DNA of 64,000 nt from Candidatus Tumulicola sp. (lineage in GTDB: Bacteria; Vulcanimicrobiota; Vulcanimicrobiia; Vulcanimicrobiales; Vulcanimicrobiaceae): the NCBI GenBank assembly GCA_049585095.1, contig JBAUZB010000222.1, positions 109-64,108 of the forward strand, in the 5' to 3' direction. Position numbers and translations under genes: made by a program. Below are positions 62,986 through 64,000 of the stretch, one piece after another (the stretch's first letter is position 1; every line of letters begins with the position of its first letter). The notes below the pieces were generated by a model. The model searched no databases. It had not been told where the DNA came from and worked only from the letters and a program-made list of their open reading frames with translations.

Positions 62986-64000
62986 TTATTCGGTGTCGAG
63001 CGGGTGGTTCGAAGGCCGTTGGTGGAGGAAAAATGCGCGCGAGTATTTCGCCGGTATCGGCGAAAACCGGCGCGCGCGCTGCTGGAAATTGAAGGAATCG
63101 TCGATGCTGTTCGCGCGCACGTCGGTGGTCCCGAGGCTGCCGAGCATCCACGTTTGTTCGATGAATTTGACCAGGCTGCCGAACTCGTACTGGGTATGGG
63201 AAACGTAGCCTTTCTTGGCGTACGGCGAAACGATCAGCATCGGCACGCGAAACCCGAGTCCTTGATAGTCGATCTGCTGCGGCGCGACGTGATCGTAGAG
63301 ACCGCCCCAATCGTCCCACACGACCACGATGGCCGTGGTATTCCAGTATTGGCTCTGGCCGATGGCGTTGACGACTTGCGCCACCCACGACGGCCCCGTA
63401 TCCGGCTTCGACCCGGGATGGTCGGAGTTGGCGAAATCCGGACACACCCACGCGACCGCAGGAAGCTTTCCGCTCGAAATGTCGGGCAAGAGATTTTCCG
63501 GCGCGGTAACGTTGGTTTTCCATTCGGAGCCGTAGCGCACGGCCCGAATCGCATCGAATGCATTCCAAATATCCGCGAAACCGCTGCCGATCGGCGGCGC
63601 GTAATACTTCCAGGTAACGCCCTTGGCGTCGAGGAGATCGCGCAACGTCTTATAGCGCAAGCACGGAAACGGCCCTTGGCCGGGGAGATACTGCCCGCTG
63701 GTGGTGATCAGCGACGTTACCGTGGGCGGATTCGTCGGAGAATCGCAGCCCCACGGCTGATTGCTCGGGTTGTCGATGATCGCCTGGGTCGCGTTGATCA
63801 GCGTGCCGCCGGCGATCAGATCTTGATGCCCGGTGAAACTGCCGCTTCCTTGCGTTGAAAACGCACGATCCGCCAGCACGTACTGCTTGGCGAGATTCCA
63901 GTACGGTGCAACGTCGCTCGGATTCGCGTACTGGTACACGTAGGATCCTGGATTGTTCTCGACCTTGATGGTATTGAAACCGTCCATCTTTCCGCCGTCG
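62986..64000 (-). CDS. Phosphoesterase-family protein (phospholipase C / acid phosphatase AcpA type), 5' end beyond the window.
   Basis: Family blocks: GKMDGF, SFTGHQDLIAG, PAVAWVCPDFANSDHPG, VVVWDDWGGLYDHV and GLGFRVPMLIVSPYAKKGYVSH. The frame stays open upstream of Met 63987 to the window edge (DGGKMDGF). Confidence 0.75.
   Translation of the reverse strand, partial: DGGKMDGFNTIKVENNPGSYVYQYANPSDVAPYWNLAKQYVLADRAFSTQGSGSFTGHQDLIAGGTLINATQAIIDNPSNQPWGCDSPTNPPTVTSLITTSGQYLPGQGPFPCLRYKTLRDLLDAKGVTWKYYAPPIGSGFADIWNAFDAIRAVRYGSEWKTNVTAPENLLPDISSGKLPAVAWVCPDFANSDHPGSKPDTGPSWVAQVVNAIGQSQYWNTTAIVVVWDDWGGLYDHVAPQQIDYQGLGFRVPMLIVSPYAKKGYVSHTQYEFGSLVKFIEQTWMLGSLGTTDVRANSIDDSFNFQQRARRFSPIPAKYSRAFFLHQRPSNHPLDTE

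Overview
High-GC bacterial chromosomal window in two parts. All protein calls come from motif recognition by eye; no searches were run.

**Accessory segment (about 1-23.4 kb).** This part is lower in GC: hand counts on single 60-nt lines give about 52-53%, against about 65% in the core. It looks like a decayed genomic island.
- It carries a serine recombinase, a truncated tyrosine-integrase remnant and several frameshifted or truncated genes.
- It holds an XRE-ImmA/IrrE plus DUF4411 (PIN-like) module at the head of a co-directional gene string.
- Many genes encode hypothetical secreted, lipoprotein or membrane proteins, including NHL-like and GloVer-like repeat proteins.
- The most interesting locus is a wHTH plus TIR-like protein flanked by two paralogous TM/beta-sandwich proteins (16944-19945). 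I cannot match it to a named defence system.

**Core-like segment (about 23.4-64 kb).**
- Metabolic and miscellaneous genes: gamma-resorcylate-decarboxylase-like amidohydrolase, Crp/Fnr regulator, S33 alpha/beta hydrolase, orphan family-5 solute-binding protein (3' frameshift), bluB and a VOC/PhnB-like protein.
- Housekeeping genes: typA, aldose 1-epimerase, clpB, a 10x Asp-box (BNR/sortilin-like) protein, DUF155, trxA, gyrA and a PLC/AcpA-type phosphoesterase (partial).
- selB and selA are present but separated by a PucR-regulated putrescine/GABA catabolic locus (amine oxidase, gabT, patA, aldehyde dehydrogenase).

No rRNA, tRNA or CRISPR array was found.
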